Origin: Prochlorococcus sp. AG-363-J23
GTDB lineage: Bacteria > Cyanobacteriota > Cyanobacteriia > PCC-6307 > Cyanobiaceae
NCBI GenBank assembly: GCA_003280245.1
Contig: QCFN01000001.1
Span: 24,300-88,299, forward strand
DNA: 64,000 nt
Direction of reading: 5' to 3'
How positions within the stretch are numbered: position 1 is the first letter of the stretch; each line of letters starts with the position of its first letter. The notes beneath the pieces are model-generated. The model worked only from the letters and a program-made list of their open reading frames with translations, did not search any database and was not told the DNA's origin. The translations under genes and the position numbers were made by a program. This document shows positions 60,625-64,000 of the stretch, in pieces.

Positions 60625-61779
60625 TTAGCCCTCAACCATCCTTCCTTTTTGAGGAAATAGTCCTGCAGGTTTGAACTGAAGGAATACAACTATTAATGCA
60701 AAAACCAATACTCTAGCCATGCTTGTGGTAGCAAAGAAATTAACTGTTGATGCTATAGATGAGGGCATTTCAGGCCAGATTTCTAATAATCGACCAGCAC
60801 CTATTAGATCGGTCATGATTCCAATTCCAAAGGAAGCAATGATTGTTCCAAGTAAATTTCCCACTCCTCCTAGAACAACTACCATAAAGCATCCAACTAT
60901 ATAATTTGCGCCAACATTAGGACCAACAGATCCGAGGAGAGAGACAGCAACTCCGGCAACTCCGGCTAGGCCTGATCCAATGGCAAATGTCAAAATGTCA
61001 ACTTTTTTAGTTGATATTCCTAGACATTCACTCATTGATCTGTTTTGAGTTACTGCTCTAATTCTCATACCCCAAATACTTCTATTAAGGAACCAAGAAA
61101 CAGCTATAACGGAAATAATAGTTATAACTATTATTACTAATCTTGTTACTGGGAAAGTAATGTCCCAGAACTCAATACCTCCTCTCATCCAGGATGGAGC
61201 AGTTACATCTACATTCCTAGAGCTGGATCTGCCTAGTTTGCTTATTGCAGATGACAATCCATTGGCTGTTAGCAGACCAAAGACAACAGATATAGACCAA
61301 ATTCCAAGTCTAAAAAATTTACTTTGATGAGATACAAAAAGATTTTTAGGAAGAATTATGGGAAGTCCTAAACCTATGATTAGAGAAATTATTAAACCAG
61401 TTCCATAAGCCAAAGGGACACTTCTAACAAATTGCTGAAGGATAAGACTTACTCCCCATGTTGCAAGTAAAGTTTCAAGAGGGTTTCCGTATAAACGCTT
61501 AATTATTAAACTTTCTAAAACTATTCCCACCACTGCACTAACTAAAAATGCTACTCCCAGAGAAACAATTATATAAGAGTTATAAAACTGTTGAAAGGCA
61601 GGAAGTTTGAAGATTAATTGAGTTACATATGTTGAGTATGCTCCAATCATCATCAACTCACCATGGGCGAGATTGATAACACCCATTAATCCAAATACAA
61701 TTGCCAACCCAAGAGCAGCTACAAGTAATACTGAACCAATGGCGATACCGTTGAACAGGCTTTCGACAATTAGTTGCAC
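60625..61779 (-). CDS. urtB: Urea ABC transporter permease UrtB
   Basis: A LivH-type permease with a long internal loop, 384 aa. Confidence 0.85.
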   Translation of the reverse strand: MQLIVESLFNGIAIGSVLLVAALGLAIVFGLMGVINLAHGELMMIGAYSTYVTQLIFKLPAFQQFYNSYIIVSLGVAFLVSAVVGIVLESLIIKRLYGNPLETLLATWGVSLILQQFVRSVPLAYGTGLIISLIIGLGLPIILPKNLFVSHQSKFFRLGIWSISVVFGLLTANGLSSAISKLGRSSSRNVDVTAPSWMRGGIEFWDITFPVTRLVIIVITIISVIAVSWFLNRSIWGMRIRAVTQNRSMSECLGISTKKVDILTFAIGSGLAGVAGVAVSLLGSVGPNVGANYIVGCFMVVVLGGVGNLLGTIIASFGIGIMTDLIGAGRLLEIWPEMPSSIASTVNFFATTSMARVLVFALIVVFLQFKPAGLFPQKGRMVEG

Positions 61780-61861
61780 AGATCTGTAAAGAAGAAAGTA
61801 AATTATAAAAAGAGGAAGAGCTTTTAGCTCATCCTCTTTATGAAGAGATTAGTAATTGAGT

Positions 61862-63154
61862 TTAAAGACGAAATCTTTCTCCTTTACGAGGATTAGTCCA
61901 GTCACAGGCATATCCTTTAGAGCTTGGTTCAAATTGGTTCCACGCTTGAGGTAGTACTGGTCCATCAGTAGATTCTAGAATTTTAAATTGACCACCTGAT
62001 GTGATTTGTCCAATTCGAACTGTCTGAGAAAGGTGGTGATTTGGCATGACCTCAACCGGGCCTTGTGGAGCATCAAATTTGACACCTACGAGGGCCTTCC
62101 TAACTGCATTATCTTCAAATGTTCCTGCCTTCTCAACAGCAGCCTTCCACAAGTAAACCATGTTATAAGCAGATTCTTGAGGATCTGCAACTACTCTGTC
62201 GCTTCCCCATCTTTTTTTGAAGTTGTTAGCGAACTTCTTTGATGCAGGAGTATTAATTGACATCATATAGTTCCAAGCTCCGTAGTGGCCTTCTAGAAAT
62301 TCAGCACCTATGGTGCTTATTTCCTCTTCAGCTATGGAATAGCTCATAACGTAATAACCGTTTCGAGGTGTTATTCCTACATCTTGAATTTGCTTGAAGA
62401 AAGCAACGTTCTGATCACCATTTAAGGTGTTGATTATTACGCCTCCGTTAGGAAGAGCTTTTTTGATTTTGGCAATTATTGGGGCAACCTCTGTATTCCC
62501 TAAAGGTAGGTAGTCTTCACCTGCTAACTTGCCACCCAATGATTTGAGTTGTTCTTTGGTAATTGTGTTTGATGTACGAGGGAAAACATAATCAGAACCA
62601 ACTAGATAAAATGGCTTACCTGAAGCAGGTGAGCGCTTAAACATGAATTCAGTTGCGGGTTCAGATTGTTGGTTTGGAGTTGCGCCAGTGTAGAAAATAT
62701 TGTTAGAACATTCTTGAGCTTCGTATTGGATAGGGTAATAAAGGAAGGCATCTTTTGATTCATATACAGGAAGCATTGCTTTACGGCTAGCTGATGTCCA
62801 ACCACCAAAAACAACAGGAACCTTGTCTTGCGAAATTAGTTTTTTGGATTTTTCAGCAAAGGTTGGCCAGTCAGATGCTCCATCTTCGACGATATATTTG
62901 ATTTCATATTGCTTTCCACCTACTGAAATTCCTCCAGAGGCATTGATCTCTTCGATGGCCATTTTTTCTGTATCAACCAAGGTTGATTCAGAAATAGCCA
63001 TAGTTCCCGATAGAGAATGAAGTATCCCCACTGTTACCGAATCAGTGCAATCAATGCACCCTTTGGTTTGATTGCTTCCTGCACCACAAGCTGAAAGTGC
63101 AGCACCCACAGCAATTGTACTTAATCCTGAAAAGAGGCGTTTAGTAATAGACAT
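61862..63154 (-). CDS. urtA: Urea ABC transporter substrate-binding lipoprotein UrtA
   Basis: A lipobox LSACG is followed by a LivK/AmiC-type binding fold (VGILHSLSGTMA...). Confidence 0.9.
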   Translation of the reverse strand: MSITKRLFSGLSTIAVGAALSACGAGSNQTKGCIDCTDSVTVGILHSLSGTMAISESTLVDTEKMAIEEINASGGISVGGKQYEIKYIVEDGASDWPTFAEKSKKLISQDKVPVVFGGWTSASRKAMLPVYESKDAFLYYPIQYEAQECSNNIFYTGATPNQQSEPATEFMFKRSPASGKPFYLVGSDYVFPRTSNTITKEQLKSLGGKLAGEDYLPLGNTEVAPIIAKIKKALPNGGVIINTLNGDQNVAFFKQIQDVGITPRNGYYVMSYSIAEEEISTIGAEFLEGHYGAWNYMMSINTPASKKFANNFKKRWGSDRVVADPQESAYNMVYLWKAAVEKAGTFEDNAVRKALVGVKFDAPQGPVEVMPNHHLSQTVRIGQITSGGQFKILESTDGPVLPQAWNQFEPSSKGYACDWTNPRKGERFRL

Positions 63155-63196
63155 TAGTTAAATTAAGGGGGATCCTCTTAATTGGTTCGGTAAGGG

Positions 63197-63239
63197 AACC
63201 TAGAGGTCAACTCCTAATTGTTTTTGTATCAATGGGAAC
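63197..63239 (-). promoter_or_regulatory. Candidate NtcA-activated promoter of urtA
   Basis: Read on the minus strand: GTT-N8-TAC (63239..63226), then 23 nt, then TAGGTT (a TAN3T -10 box, 63202..63197). This is one mismatch from the GTA-N8-TAC consensus. It lies 72-85 nt upstream of the urtA ATG. Confidence 0.4.
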
Positions 63240-63266
63240 TTTTTCAAGAGTTAAAAATATAATTTT

Positions 63267-63869
63267 TCAGTTTGGTAGTTGTTGCAACAAAAAACTAGTA
63301 ACTGTTTCCACTCCCTTTTTTGTGCGGAGATTGGTGAAACACCATGGACGATTGCCTCTCATTAAAGATGTATCTCTTTCCATTACCTCTAGGTTTGCTC
63401 CAACCATTTCGGCAAGATCAGTTTTATTAATTATGAGTAAGTCTGAGCGAGTAATTCCAGGGCCTCCTTTCCTAGGAATTTTGTCTCCAGCCGCTACATC
63501 TATTACATAAATGCATATATCGACGAGTTCAGGACTGAAACTTGCCGCAAGGTTGTCCCCACCACTTTCCACAAATATGAGATCGAGATTTGGGAAGAGT
63601 TCTTCTAATTCTTCAACAGCTGCTCTATTAATTGAACAATCCTCACGAATAGCTGTATGAGGGCATCCACCTGTTTCTACTCCTCGAATGCGTTCTGGTT
63701 CTAAGGCTCCAGCAGTAGTTAAAAATTTTGCATCTTCTTGGGTATAGATGTCATTGGTTACGACTGCTAATTGGAGTCGATTCCTTAATTTTTTACAAAG
63801 GACTTCTACAAGTGCAGTTTTGCCGGAACCAACTGGACCTGCTACACCAACTCTTAACTTGCTTGTCAT
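63267..63869 (-). CDS. ureG: Urease accessory GTPase UreG
   Basis: Contains [12 protein letters not shown] and a CPH motif ([11 protein letters not shown]). The ATG at 63869 ([11 protein letters not shown]) overlaps the ureF stop (TAATG). The track start is an upstream TTG inside ureF. Confidence 0.92.
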   Translation of the reverse strand: MTSKLRVGVAGPVGSGKTALVEVLCKKLRNRLQLAVVTNDIYTQEDAKFLTTAGALEPERIRGVETGGCPHTAIREDCSINRAAVEELEELFPNLDLIFVESGGDNLAASFSPELVDICIYVIDVAAGDKIPRKGGPGITRSDLLIINKTDLAEMVGANLEVMERDTSLMRGNRPWCFTNLRTKKGVETVTSFLLQQLPN

Positions 63870-64000
63870 TAGCTTCGGAATAGTTTTGAGTACAATTGGG
63901 AGTGAGATTGCTGGGCCATAGTTGCGCCAATGTCTCCAGACCAAATCTCATGAGGATCTTTCATTTGCAACAGTTTGGCTTGAGAGCTGATTATGGGCAG
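63869..64000 (-). CDS. ureF: Urease accessory protein UreF (C-terminal fragment; the N-terminus is off the window)
   Basis: Own translation of the minus strand: ...[43 protein letters not shown]. This matches the characteristic UreF ending (..H..LY.RLFRS). Confidence 0.7.
   Translation of the reverse strand: MPIISSQAKLLQMKDPHEIWSGDIGATMAQQSHSQLYSKLFRS

Noticed and set aside
1-64000. CRISPR arrays, rRNA genes, IS transposases, toxin-antitoxin pairs and known defence-system signatures
   Set aside because: I looked for regularly spaced repeats and for characteristic motifs in all track ORFs and found none. The SF2 helicase at 29111-30535 has no nuclease or methylase partner and sits among core genes.

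Overview
This window looks like a chromosomal segment of a marine picocyanobacterium. It is most consistent with a low-GC, probably low-light-adapted Prochlorococcus. Supporting genes are psbD/psbC with the typical overlap, ycf4, petM, ycf39, an HLIP gene, NTRC and urtABCDE next to ureFG. No phycobilisome genes are present. Most of the window is dense core-genome coding sequence (cobQ, maf, ilvH, trm1-like, pntAA/AB/B, dxr, cysS, polA, ychF). Four regions stand out. (1) A zinc-homeostasis locus at 1-5520 contains znuA divergent from znuCB, then a WD40 protein translationally coupled to a COG0523 GTPase. Two near-identical Zur-type palindromes sit in the two promoter regions. The COG0523 gene is frame-shifted, and ZnuA and the COG0523 protein share an inserted domain of about 110-125 aa. 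(2) A compact integrative element of about 4.6 kb at 5690-10292 lies just upstream of tRNA-Ala(GGC). It encodes a tyrosine integrase, a small HTH protein and a Toprim/P4-D5 primase-helicase, and it resembles the tycheposon class. An AT-rich hypervariable stretch follows the tRNA, carrying an hli gene, small membrane ORFs and a degenerate NuoL/NdhF-like ORF. (3) An AT-rich accessory island at about 45340-52270 holds an N-acetyl-sugar amidotransferase (WbuX-type) with HisF-like and HisH-like partners. An ArsR regulator and two unknown ORFs split this trio, and a SAM methyltransferase sits alongside. (4) A nitrogen-scavenging block at 52271-64000 contains a fused 5-oxoprolinase/hydantoinase, a 1.4 kb ORF-free gap, a cyAbrB regulator, urtABCDE with a candidate NtcA promoter, and ureG/ureF. 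I saw no CRISPR array, rRNA gene or transposase. All calls come from reading the translations and the DNA by eye; no database search was run.
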